Positions 1 to 12,500 of a DNA stretch of 64,000 bases are shown here, piece by piece. The first letter of the stretch is position 1. Each line of letters begins with the position of its first letter. The stretch spans positions 310,001 to 374,000 of the forward strand of contig RSEE01000037.1 in the NCBI GenBank assembly GCA_003971905.1, read 5' to 3'. This DNA comes from Moniliella sp. 'wahieum' (lineage: Eukaryota). The notes below the pieces were generated by a model. It did not search any database, had not been told where the DNA came from, and worked only from the letters and a program-made list of their open reading frames with translations. The position numbers were made by a program, and so were the translations under genes.

Positions 1-2309
1 GACACACAGACGCCCAACACGCTCCTCAACCTCAACGGTTCCTTGCATGGGATGGAAAGCTATGCCCACGTGCTGGGTCTGCGAGCCGTGGACGTGTTTG
101 GCAACGACAGCCATCTGGCTCATCATGGTGGGCGCCGTGACGATTGCCAGCGCGGTGGTTTGGATGATCGACATGGGCCACACCCGCTACCTGTACCGGC
201 ACCACCGCGACGAAGGCTTCTCGTTTACCCTCAGCGAGGCTGCGGACCAGGCGGAAAAGGGAGCAGTAGGCCACGGCACTGTTAACCAGAGGCTGCAACA
301 GATCTTTGGCTCCCACATCAATGCCTACGTGGGTAACCTGTTGCGCCTCTTGATCTTGTTCCACTTGCCGCTGACAATCATGAGTGTGTATCATTTTAGT
401 ACCTTTGCCTTCTCCCACCCTGGCACAACGGCGTGTGCTGCCCTCTCCTTTGCCTTCTTTTGCGTCCTGGCGCCGGGGGTAGTACTATGGCGGTTGTGCG
501 CCCACGATGCTGCGTCGTTGTGGTCCGACAAGCAGCTGCTTCTGAGTTATGGCCCCTTGTACAACTATTACGACCCCACCTCGCGTCTCTTTCCACTCAT
601 CCCCTTTGCCCACTCGCTCGTCTTGGGCATTGTAATTGGCGCGGGACAACAGAGTGGGTCTGCGCAAGCGATCCTCGTGCTCGTTTTTGAGATCCTCTTG
701 GCCCTCGCTTACATTTTCTGGCTCCCCTGGGGCGAAGGGGCGGTCATGGCTCCGCTCAGTTTCGTCTGGAGCGTAGCCCGGATCGCGACAGCGGTGCTTC
801 TCTTGCTTCTGAGTCCGCTGGTCAACCTGTCCGCGCCCGCACGATGGTGGATCACATACGTTCTGCTGCTCATTCAAGCCATTGTGGCGGTCGGGTTTGG
901 TTTGCTATTGTTGGCCAAACTGGTGGAGGCCATGATACGGATTGGGTGGAAAGTGTCGTTTGACGATTCCAAGTCTTCTCGCAACACAGGTTTGGGCGGC
1001 GGTACACCGCATCCGTCGCCGCACGTACAAAACCCGCCTAGTGTCCCCTGCTAAACAGACCAAGTCCCCCGCTGCCGCAGCACGAAGCCGAACGCCCAGC
1101 ACGACGTTGATGGGTGCCCAGACGACTGCGACGGACCACGCCTTGGGTGCGTATGCGCCCTACTTTGCTTCGGAACCGACCGAGGAAGGGGGCATCATGT
1201 CCGCCCTCCCTCCCCTGCGCGGCGACGTGGACCAAGCCGAGACCAGCGCTGCTCGCGGCTTTGTCCGACTGGGTGGTCGCCGTGCCACGGACCAAGCCGC
1301 TGCATCATATGGCCCGACCGGGTTTGCTGGCCAGTCCACCGTCTCGTCCCACGACCGTGGGCGCACCCGATTTGGCCGAGGCCTGTGGTGGCGCCGTGTG
1401 CCAGTAGATTCGGACACCGAGTCGCTCACTTCGTCCGACGAAGAGGAATATGGACTCGGGACCGCACCGGCGGCGCATAGCGCTGCCAACCTGTCCAAGC
1501 CCAAGTGGAACCTGTTGCATCGGTTCGTTCCCCTCGCGCCGCAGCTGCGCGTGAGCCAGAGGAGATGAGCGAGACAGCGCCCATCGTGCCAGAGTCCGCC
1601 ACCACGCCCGCCTTCTCCGTCGTTCGTCCCCCAAGAGGGACGCTTTCTTCCCTGGCAGCTGCAGTCGAACCCGAGTCGACTGGGACTGGCCAGCCGAGCT
1701 TGCCCCCATCGCAGCCGCCTTCGTCTACCGAGCCACTAGCAACAGAGGGTGCTGCTGATGCTCCTTCCCGATCGGACAGGTTCCTGGATGGGCCCCCGCT
1801 CGCGCGCTTCGCAGTGCTTCCACCGCCACTCGGGCCACAGTCGAGTCGAGCGAGACTGAACCGGCTCGGAGCGCGCACGTGCGCGCCCACATTCGTACCC
1901 CACAACAACTCTACTCTCTCTCTCGAGAGCACCCATGCGTCCGACCCCATGTCCGACAGCATGTTTTGGTTGCCGTCCGACACGCCCGAGTTCCACGCCG
2001 CGCTCACCCCAGCCCCTGGCCTTCGCTCCACCCCCGTTCTCCCTGTGACACGTACAGGGCCAACACACGCCCCCTCAGCCGCCGTTCCTACCCCCACTGT
2101 GTCTTCTCACATCCCTCCGCGCCTCCCGCGCCTCCCGCACCTCCCGCGCCTCGCTCCCGCCCCCCGTCTCGGCGGCCGACATGTATTTATCCCCCGCCGA
2201 TCCGGTGGAACGTATATCGTCGCCGGCTGCTGCTGTACCGGCGCCGGCGCCGGCACGGGCGCAAGCCCTGGCTGACCTTGCGCCCGCGGCACCAACCAGT
2301 CCAATCTAA
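1..2309 (+). CDS. TRP-like/Flc/Pkd2-family multipass membrane protein, 5'-truncated, with a low-complexity C-terminal tail
   Basis: ORF 47..1054 has several TM helices and the family-typical segments GNLLRLLILFHLPL, YGPLYNYY and IGAGQQSGSAQA. It continues through frameshifts into ORFs 942..1568 and 1505..2275. A plausible stop is TAA 2307-2309. The end is approximate. Confidence 0.75.
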
Positions 2310-2461
2310 GCGTGAATGCCAGCATACATTCGCGCCGCATCGTCCAAGGCCAAAGCGCCGAGGTGTTGATGTTGGACGAGGAGTGACACGGCACAAGTCA
2401 CACGGCACGAACCTGATGGCTCAGTCTGAGCGCTACCCAGGTCGGCGTGCCTCTCTTTCCT

Positions 2462-2532
2462 CGGGAAACCTTCCCTTCCCCTGCCTTGCCTTCCCTTGCC
2501 TTCCCTTCCTTTCCCTTCCCTTTCCTTTCCTT
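2462..2532. repeat. Degenerate pyrimidine pentamer microsatellite (CCTTC/CCTTG/CCTTT)n
   Basis: Directly visible tandem units in the 3' region of the TRP-like gene. Confidence 0.8.
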
Positions 2533-2842
2533 GCTCATTTGCATCTGTCGCCCCCTTTCCCCGCATCGCATTATTGCTCTTGAACCGTTTGTCACGGTTG
2601 GTTTGCTTTCTAGGCCCCCGCATACATCTCTCCTCCTCCCAGCTGCGCCCCCAACTGATTCTCGCTCCCATTCTGCCGGTGCTATGCTGCTAAGATCTCT
2701 AGGATCTCTGGCATCCTTTCGGTTTGCTTCTCAACCTAGGACGCTGGCCCACAACGGGCATGAACTGGACAGCACGCCACATCCCGTACTTGTACCAGGT
2801 AAGAGAGAACAAGGAGTGCGATCGGCTTATCAAATAACAATG

Positions 2843-2876
2843 TGCAGCGTGCAGCGTGCAGCGTGCAGCGTGCAGC
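2843..2876. repeat. Heptamer microsatellite (GTGCAGC)n, about 5 units
   Basis: gtgcagc-gtgcagc-gtgcagc-gtgcagc-gtgcagc is visible in the sequence. Confidence 0.85.
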
Positions 2877-3299
2877 AGGGACAGGGGCAGGGGGCGTGGG
2901 GGGGATGGAGGCGATGAGGGAAGGTCTGAGGCCGGAGGATAGAATATATCAGATCGACATGAACGGTACGCCCTACCGGGGGGAACATATTTCGGCGTGC
3001 AAGCTGGCTGGGGTGCAGGGAGGCCACTGCCGCTGTGGCGTCGCCCGTGGTGCGACACTCATGGCGCTCAATGGACCGAGTGTCGTGCCCAGAGGATGGC
3101 ATGGCAGGAGTAGTAACAGGAATAGTAACAGTAACAGGCAGAAAGAACAACGAAACAGAACAAGCGCCAAGACGAGCGTGCCGGAAAGACGGAGGGTCGA
3201 AGGAGGCACGCACGAGAGCTAGGCGGTTGCAGTCTAGGGCGAACCAGGGGCTAGGGGGGAGGGGAGGCACCCATCGCATGCGTCCGGGGTCAGGGCGAG

Positions 3300-3775
3300 T
3301 TAGGCAGGCACCTTATCGTGGTGGTAAGCCGGGGGCGGTGGCCCCGGGGGCGGAGGGTAAGAGAATTGCTGGTCGTCAGGGGTGGGGGGGACGTGGGTGG
3401 GGCGGCCCAGGACTGTTCGCCTGCCTTGGGCGGGTAAAAGTACGGTTGGGCCGGGGCAGGGTAGGGTGCCGCGGTGGGTGGGGCGGCGGCGATCAACACC
3501 TGTCGCCGGCGGCGGACGACAAACAGGCTCATCAAAACAAACAGGAAGAACACGCCCACGATCACGGCCCACGCTACGTGGGTTCAACCCAGGAGAGGGC
3601 ACACACATGTCAGCGTGGGGGGAGGGGGTGGCCACTGCGGCCTCCGAGATGGCGCGGACAGGGGGGGAGAGAGAGCAAACGTACCAATGCCCCATTTGGC
3701 GCCTGAGGAGAGGCCACACCAGTAGAGATTGCCGAAGCGGTCGGCACAGTACTCGCGCTTTTGTAAGACGGGCAT
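3300..3775 (-). CDS. RCR-like small single-pass membrane protein with a Pro-rich tail and PY motif; one intron (3684-3574)
   Basis: Exon 1 MPVLQKREYCADRFGNLYWCGLSSGAKWGI, then intron GTACGT..GCTGAC..TAG, then TM AVIVGVFFLFVLMSLFVV followed by RRRR. The tail ends ...YPPPPGPPPPAYHHDKVPA* after one frameshift. This architecture matches the fungal RCR (resistance to Congo red) family. Confidence 0.65.
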
Positions 3776-4267
3776 GGCGTACGAGGAGGAGGAGGAGGAG
3801 GAAGGGAGGAGGGGAGGAGACGAAGCGGAGGAGAGGAGGGTTCGATCGGGTGGCGGCGGGATGCAGGAGGGGTGATCGATGACGCATGATTGATGGATGA
3901 TGTCACGCCAAGGCTGCGACTGCTGCGACGCAGGCCAGGCTGGCCAGGTGCCTGATCTGCCGAGGCGCCGGCGATCGATGAAATTAAAAGCGCGCGCGCC
4001 AACCTAGTCAGTGTTCCTTGGGGAGCGATGCACATTGCAGATGGTAGTGACTATGAAACTTGCAAACGCGCGCGTTGCAACATTGCAATGTGCAAGGTGA
4101 AAGCCCAGGTGATCTGATGGTTGCACGTTGGGGGGGCACAGACCATTCTTCCCGTGCGAACAGCAGAGTTCGCAATCGTCCTGAAAATTGAATATGGCAC
4201 ACAAGGGTGTACAACGTGTAGGTGTATGTACGTGCACGCTGTGAATTCAGGTGCCGACGTTCAGGCC

Positions 4268-4322
4268 AGCTTGAAGCTTGAAGCTTGAAGCTTGAAGCTT
4301 GAAGCTTGAAGCTTGAAGCTTG
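4268..4322. repeat. Tandem array (AAGCTT-G)x7 in the divergent promoter between the RCR-like and chitin synthase genes
   Basis: Seven perfect AAGCTT palindromes from 4274 to 4321, each followed by a single G. Confidence 0.95.
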
Positions 4323-5164
4323 AATGTACTGAACATTCAACGTAGGAGGCCGCCTGTAGGCCTCGGGCTGAACTACGTACGTCTGACGCCAGCTGCCTGT
4401 GGCGTGTGAGGTCACGCGCATGAGAGGGGTAACCGGTAACTAGCAGGTAACATGGTAACAGTGCGCTTGTCTGATTGAGAGAGGGGTGCCTCCACTCTGG
4501 AACTGAGTACAGATATGGATAAAGCCCCAAAGGCCCAAGGCGCCATACGTACTTAGCGTGCCAGGCAAGCTCCAAGGCAGTCCAAGGCCAGCGACCACTC
4601 CACGAGCGCGCGAGGTGAGCCAAGCGTGCGCAAGCCCGAGCGGGCGGCAGGGGACATGGCGACAGGCGACGCGGTGGACGTGGGAATCCGACGACTGGGC
4701 ACGCTGCCCTGGCACCAGCGCAGTGGTTCGTGACCCCACGCGGGTGCCCCGGCGGGGACAGTGGGCTGCTGCGACGGGCAGGCCGCCAGAGACGCACGCA
4801 GAGCTGCGCAGCACCAGCACGCAGAGGGCGCGGTGCAGTGCCCGGCGGGGAGCCGCCGCAGCGACACTGGCGCCGGGCGCGCACCCCCGGTGGGGCAGGC
4901 AGCCCCCCAGGCAGGCGCCTGCGGCGGGCGGGCGACGGGTGACGGGTGGTCGATGAGGCGGCAGGCCGGCGTGGAGCGAGGCCGAGGCGGCTGCGGCAGA
5001 GCGGTGCGCCTCCTGAGAGCCTGCGAGCACGACAGGCTCCTGCGCCGCTCCCAGCCACCGGCCGGTGCGCTCGCGTCCCTATAAGAATCACCGCCACCGC
5101 GCCCCGTCATGCGCCCCGCACGCCCCCCTCCCCCGCCCCCACCACCACCCCCCGGCCGTCGAGG

Positions 5165-8030
5165 ATGAGCCACCAGCCCTACGCACCGCTCCACGGCGCA
5201 GAGCAGGGGTACTCGACCGACTATGTCGCGACCGCCGCCACCCCGCCCCTGCCTCCCCCTGCCGGCCACACCGGCACAGGCACCGCCCAGGCGCCGTGCC
5301 TACTATGACGAGAGTGCCTCCTTCAGCTACGACCCCTACGGCGAGACACACGGCTATGCCGAGGATGAGTCCAAGGCTCAGCTCGCAGAGGAACAGGCAC
5401 TGACCAGCGAAAAACACGACGCCGTCATTCCTGACCCCATGGACGTTACCTACCCGCCGCCACGCACGTCCAGTACGGGTACGTTGCCTCGTTGGCTTTC
5501 CTCTCTTTTGTGTTCTGCCCCCCCTCCTCGTGCATACTAACACGGCCTCTGCCCCCCACAGCCTCCCGGATCCCAACTCGTTTGGCATCCCACGCCTGCT
5601 GGCACACCCTTTGACGCCTCCACTCGTCCGGAACGGCCGTTTCGTTTTGAGGTGGGCCCTGACGACAGTGCTTCGCAGGTCCAGTCACAAGTGGCTTGGG
5701 CCCAGCGCCAGGCCGGACCCCGGCGCGGCCTGACTCGGCGCGTCAAGCTGACCAAGGGCCACTGGACCGTGGAGCACCGTGTTCCGACCGCTGTGCGCAA
5801 CTCGTTTGAGCCCAAGTGGGTGCAGGGCTCAACGACGACCGAGTTTACCCACATGCGCTACACGGCCGCTACGTGCGACCCGGACGACTTTACTCGTGAG
5901 AATGGGTGGTCGCTGCGCGCGTCCGACCTGTATGGCCGCGACACGGAGATCCTGATTGCCATCACGTACTACAATGAGGACCGCGTGCTGGTCGCGCGTA
6001 CGTTGCATGGCGTGATGGAAAACATTCGCGACATTTGCAAGTCCAAGTCGTCCAAGTTTTGGAGCCGTTCCGCCGAAGATGGTCGGCAGAGCTGGCAGCG
6101 CATTGTTGTTGCACTCATCTTTGATGGCATTGATCCATGTGACAAGGAAGTGCTCGACTTGTTGGCTACGGTGGGTGTATACCAAGACGGAGTGATGAAG
6201 CGCAAGGTCGATGGAAAGGAAACGGTGGCCCACTTGTTTGAGTACACGACGCAACTCTCGGTTGATCCCAAGCCCTCGCTCGTCCAGCCGCATGGGACGA
6301 CAAGAACAACATGGTGCCTGTCCAAATGATTTTCTGCCTCAAGCAGAAGAACGCGAAAAAGATCAACTCGCACCGCTGGCTGTTCAACGCCCTCGGTCTC
6401 CATCTTCAACCTGAGGTGTGCATCCTGATTGACGCAGGTACCAAGCCGAGCCCCAAGAGTCTATACTATCTATGGGAAGCCATGTACAACAACCGCAACC
6501 TGGTGTTGCTGTGGCGAAATTCACGCCATGATCAAGGGGGTACCAAGCTGATCAATCCGCTGGTCGCCGCTCAAAATTTCGAGTACAAGATGAGCAACAT
6601 TCTCGACAGCCACTCGAGAGTGCCTTGGCTATGTCTCTGTTTTGCCCGGTGCGTTTAGTGCGTATCGGTACAGCGCAATCCAGGGAAGACCCCTGCAGCA
6701 GTATTTCCACGGCGACCATACCCTTGCGGATCGGTTGGGCAAAAAGGGCGTTCAAGGCATGGACATCTTTACCAAGAACATGTTTTGGCTGAGGACCGCA
6801 TCCTGTGTTTTGAACTGGTTTTCAAAGCCCAGAGCCGCTGGTCTTGGGCTACGTAAAAAAGGCCAGGGGAAACCGATGTACCGGAGGCGGCGGCCGAGCT
6901 GATCAGCCAGCGCCGACGTTGGCTCATGGTTCCTTTGCTGCTTCCATTTACGCCCTGGTCCACTTTTGGAGATTTATGGTTCTGGTCACGGTATCTTTCG
7001 CATGTTTTTCCTCCATCTCCAAGCTCTGTACAATGCCCTCGTCCTCTTTTTCACCTGGTTTGCCCTCGCCAACCTGTGGCTTACGTTTGCCATCATCATT
7101 GAGTTTATGCCCAACGTGATCATTGGCGGGAAGCACGACACGCTCAAGCAGATCTTTCTATGGATCAATGAGGCGTGCATGTGGATTTACGTCTTCTTCC
7201 TCGTCCTCCAATTTGTGTTGGCTTTAGGAAATCGACCCAAAGCAGAGCAGCCACTGTATGTGCTCTCCTTTCTTGTGTTTGCCGTCATGGGCCTTTATCT
7301 GTTGGTGGTCTCGATTTGGCTCACGGTCAAAATGTGGTTGAAGAGGATGACAAGGCAAAGGATAACACGTGTCATTCTGGAAAATGTTCTTCCAGGATGC
7401 CTCCACCACCATGTCTTGGTCGCTAGTTTAGTGGCTACGTTTGGTGTCTACATGGTCGCTTCGATCATGTACCTTGATCCGTGGCACATGTTCACCTCCT
7501 TCCCTCAGTATTTGGCCATTGCTCCAGCTTGATCAACATCCTCAACGTGTATGCGTTCTGCAACCTTCACGACGTGAGTTGGGGTACGAAAGGGTCGGAT
7601 AAGGCGGACGTGCTGCCGTCGGTCGAGACGAGCAAGAAGGCGGCGGATGGAAGCGTGGAAGAGGTGGAGCAAAAGCAAGAAGACATTGATGCTCATTTCC
7701 GGGAAGTGGTCCAGCGTGCTGTGGCCCCCGTGGTGATTGTCGAGGAGAAGGAGAAGCCACCATGGACGACAGCAACAAGACGTTCCGGACGCGTTTGTTG
7801 CTGCGTGGATCCTGTGCAATGGTGCGCTGACAGTGGCATCAGAACATCAATGGCCTCAACTACGACCGTCGGACAGCAGGTTCGAGCGGGAGCAAGCCGA
7901 AACGGAACAACACCAACTACTACTTTAAATTTTTGCTCTGGTCCACGTTTGGCTTGTCCTTTTTCAAGTTTTGCGGCTTTTGTCGTCTTTGGTCCACGCG
8001 TCTGCTGGGCAAGCCGTTCGCAAGACGTAG
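5165..8030 (+). CDS. Chitin synthase, division 1 (class III-like); one intron (5479-5561)
   Basis: Motifs [41 protein letters not shown], (LA)EDRILC, QRRRWL and [10 protein letters not shown] plus C-terminal TM helices are recovered across many 1-nt deletions. The intron is GTACGT..CTAAC..CAG. Confidence 0.95.
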
Positions 8031-9542
8031 GCCTCTCTCTCCTCGATCCTGCCGCATGCCCATCTCCTTTGCTCTCGGCCGTTTTATTCACCACGCCATG
8101 TGCCGCTCCACATATACCTGAGCTTGGACAGTGCCCTCGCTGAGGACCTGATTGCTTCCCACTTCCCTTCTCATGTCCCCCCCCTGTTTCTAGGGCTTGT
8201 CGATGAGTGGCCAATTCGGCAATTCGGCTCTGTCTCTAGTCCCTTTCTCTCTGTCATCCTTGTCATGGTTCCAGTCTCTCTGCCAAGGAGACTGGATCAT
8301 TGCGTGTCACGGCTTGCACGTTCACTTTGCACTTTCTTCCTTCCCCCCTGCGCTCATGTGGACGTATCCCCCCCCCCTGCCCTCTCCCCTTGTCCCCGAT
8401 GGTACTCCTTGTCCGTCCCGTTAAAAGCGGGTGCATGGGTCGCACTGGCCTTGATTTGACCCCAAGCCCACATGACTATACACCTGTTACGCCCGTTGTC
8501 GCTGGTTTCGTCGCCACGGTTCGTTGTGCATAGGCGTTGGGCTGTAACCACAACATGTGGCTGTGTGGTAGGATGTGGATGTGGACGATGAGATCTGAGA
8601 AGATCGGGGAACGGGTCTGTTACGAGAATGACGATTGAGAATTTGACGCGTATTATGAAACACTCGCCCGAGATGTTCTCCCATGATTAATGGTTGTCTG
8701 GCGGCAAGGATCAGCTTGAGGGATCAGCCTGATCGCTCAGTCTGTACCGGAAACAGAGAGGGGGATGTTCAGCGCTCATTAACATTGTTGATGCCAATGC
8801 GGACGAGTGACGACGGTTGAGAGTGTCGAGGGCTTGGGCGCTTCAGTGCCTGCAGCACGTGAGCGCCTCGCGCCCAGCAAAGATCGACGGCCCGACGCCT
8901 CTCCGCTGGTCTCCGACCGACGATCTAACCCGCACCGGACGACAGGCCAGGATGGGTGATGCATGATGCATGATGATCGCTCAGCGCCCCCTGGCCGTGC
9001 ATGGCTGGCAGCTGGCTTGGGTGGGGCCAGTCACCCTCTCGTGCTCGGTGCTAGTCTCTCGGTCTGGCGTCTGTCGGGAGAACAGCATGCCATGGCCCAC
9101 ACACCGCCCCTGTGGCTTCTGTCTGCCAGCGGCGGAGCGCATGGCATGCACATGCGATGTGTGACGCGCTACCATACGACACCTGAGGGCAAGCACTGCC
9201 CCCGTGCGGGGATGGCGGTGGGGGTGGCATGCGGCATTGCGGGGTACGTGCGCACACTGGCGCCGTGCGCCGCTGCGTCCCCGCACGCGCGGGCGGGGGC
9301 GTTTGGGCGCAGGGCAGCAGCACGCAGCGCATGCCCGCTGGCGTTTGAACGTTCAACGGAGCGTTCAACGACCACCTGGGCTGCGATGGGCGATGCTCAG
9401 CGCCCAGTCAGCGCTAGTGGCCGTGTGATCACAGGGAGGGTCCGTGAATGCAACAGAAGGACGTCAGTGTTCCCTCGGCCACCCCCCCACCACCATCCCA
9501 TCCCGCCTCCGCTGCCCGCCTTCCCGGTGGCCCAGCCCCCCC

Positions 9543-12500
9543 ATGCCTCCCCATCCCCACGGATCCGCCGCAGAGCAGGGCGCGCATCCGCGCCCAGCGC
9601 ACTGCCCCCCGCCCTGCGCCCGACGGCTACAACGCTTCCGCCCCCGAGCGCTCCCGCTACCTCCCTCCGCCCCGCAACCCCCCCTCAATGAGCGCCGCCC
9701 GCCGCCGCGACTCCACACACGCCCCTACCCCGCCCAAAGTAACCCGCGACCCCGAGAGCAGTACCGCTCCCGTCCCCCCCCTCAAGCGGCACTGGCACCG
9801 CCGCCGCTGGCGCCTGAACCCCAGTCCCAGACCAAGCCTCAGCCGCGGGCCTCCGTGTCATCGGCCGAGACGCGATCTATGCTCTTGGAGCGCGTGCATG
9901 CTAATGAGCGCAAGCGCAGTGCTAAGCAGAACCACCGTCTCAATGCTGCTCTGGCCCAGGAAGTGCGGGATCTGTCCACGCGCGCGACCCCTTCCGCTGG
10001 CCCACTGAGCCCGGAGGAGGACGTAGCTCCTGCTGCTCGACTTGGGGCCGACGCGAATGACGACGAGGCCGACGAGGCTGTCCCGGCGCGACAGCGCAGA
10101 CTCCACTCGGTCCGGCGCAACCGCCCCGTTTCGGGCTTTGAGGACGACGCAATCCTCTCTGCGCCCCGTGTGCGTCCTCGTGCCAAGAGCGATTCCCCTC
10201 CTCTCCAGCAGACCTACACCCGCCACACGCGGACACGCTCCAGCGAACATCCCTCTGTCAGGCAGCCCACCCGATCATCTGTGCCCACCAGTCCGCGTGG
10301 GAAACCCAACCCGTACCCGTCTCGTACCAAGTCACACTCGTCTGCCGTCCCTGCCTCCGACCGGGTCCCTTACAACTCGGAATTGGAAGATGCACGGATC
10401 GCACGTGCTTCGACGCGTCGCAAGCGGACCGCTCGGTTGTCGGAAGAATACTACGACGACCAATTTGAGCTGGCCTCGCCGGGGGCCGATGCCTCCACCG
10501 CTCCAACCCCCGCCGAGCCGATGCTAGCACCCCCTCGGACCAGCAAAGCCCCGCCCGGACCGTTGCCTGTGGCCCCGCACCTCGCCAGTCCCACCGTTGC
10601 CGGCCGCTCTCAATCTCGTCCCAAGTCCCGCGCCCAGTACCGGGCCCAGATGCAACAGGAAGAGGATGAAGAATATATGGGCTTGTCTCCCACAGCGTTG
10701 CGCTCGCCCGATCCCAGGCAAAGGGGGAACTATCACGGGTAGGCTCCAAGCTCAAGCACCCGACCCACGAGAGGGCGCCGCTGTCCAACAGCTCTCAACA
10801 GCCTGACGAAGTGGGTACTTGGACCTCGTCGCCTCCCGCATCTCAAGCCACTTTGCCCACCATGGCAGATTCCCGTCCACCACCTACTTCCACTGTGGAT
10901 GAGCAAGCGGACACGCGCCCCGTCGATGCGCTCCCCCATTCCGACTGGGTTGATGAGCAGCCGAACGAGGAGGAGGAAGAGGAAGGGTCCAAGAAGGGCA
11001 CGTCGAGTCGGAGTTCGAGTTTACGCTATTCCGCTCACCCGTACCGGCCGCGTGGTCTGCCGCGCAGCTACAATGCCGTGAGCGCCATACTCACCGCCGT
11101 GCTCCTAGCGACCTGGAACGTTCGGCTTCTGCACGCCGCCACGCCAGTCTGCGCCGGAATGCATCTCGCACAGCTTATGGTGCTGCCGCTGTTACAGGGC
11201 TTGCTCCCCTCCGATCTGTCCGTGGTCCGCCTGCGGCAAAAGAGTTGGCGGATGAGCGGGACGCCGAATGGGCAGACGAGCCTCAAGCGCCCCGCCGTCA
11301 ACTGTCCCGTGGGCCCGCGGCACCAGGAGCCCAGTCGCCCTTTCATGATTCGCACTCCCCTTATCACCGTTCTCGCTCGCCCGTGCGAGGTGTTCGACCT
11401 ATGCCCCGACCTGCCCCTGTGGGCGCCCCGGCTCCGCGTGGTGAGAGGCTGGCCCCAACGGCTGGTAACGCGCGCCCAATGCTTGGGGACGATCTGCGCG
11501 AAAAGGAGGATCGGCGGCGCCTAGGAAGCGCAGAGTTTCTCCGACCTAGCCCGCAGTGCTTTCGGTTTGGGTGCCGGAGCCAAAGTGGCCGAAGGTGCGG
11601 ACCCAGCGCGGGACAATGCACGCCCAGCTGCAGGTGACGGCCGTCAGACTGGGCAGGCCGAGCCAGAAAAATCAGGTCGAACTGCATTCTTGGAGCGCTA
11701 CTCGATGCACAACGCCGCCACTCCCAATCCGTTCCGGATGAAACGGACCAAGTCGTTGACGGGAGTGGACCAAATGTTCTTTTTGATCGAGGACGATGTA
11801 TACCACTCGACCACGTTTTCGATCTACATGTTTGAATCCGTGGTGGATACCGCAACGGTGGTGTCCTTCTTTGAAAAGTTGGTCCAATTGTTCCCCAAGT
11901 ACCGGTACATATTGGAGTTGGACCCGCGCCAAGCTCTCAACCACGATCGAGCGGCACTGAACCGCCTGGCGCGAGGGCCACCGGATCTTGCACCCCCGCA
12001 GGACCCCAAGGTGGTTGAGGAGTTGCCTGACGAGCCTCGCACGAGTGCTGCTGCGGACGACCGTCAACGGCTGTTCAAGGAGGCCGGCATCCGCGCTCGT
12101 ATGGCTCACTTTGACGAGGGCCGCCGCACCAAGTGGACGCGCACACTCAAGGTGGGAAGCCAGTTCCGTCCCGCCAAATGGCGCATCCTCGACGACTTTG
12201 ATGTGCGGGAGAATATTGAGGAGCTGGACTGTGTTGCGCCTGAAAACGACGATGCTGCATTGTTTGACATTGTGAGTTGACCTTTTCCTTTTTCCCTGTC
12301 TCCTTTCCTTGTAGCATGGGATGCAATGACTGACACAGGATTGGGTTCTAGACGGGCAAATTCTTGGCGCAGCATTACAACTATGCCAAGCCTCTGTGGG
12401 AGGCGCTGATTGTGCGGGGGATCGAGACCAAAGACGGATCACGCTCCGCGTTGCTGATCAAGATTCACCACGGTGTGGCCGACGGACAAGGCCTGATTCA

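Noticed and set aside
4268..4322. CRISPR array, telomeric repeat or cloning linker (HindIII multimers)
   Set aside because: There are no unique spacers, the unit is not a TTAGGG-type repeat, and the same rule recurs with many other palindromes in native upstream positions with degenerate edges.
9345..9356. Canonical heat-shock elements (GAAnnTTC) here and at 61636
   Set aside because: Only two inverted nGAAn units are present, and the longer arrays have a 7-bp period incompatible with the 5-bp HSE register. They are treated as members of the palindrome-G class.
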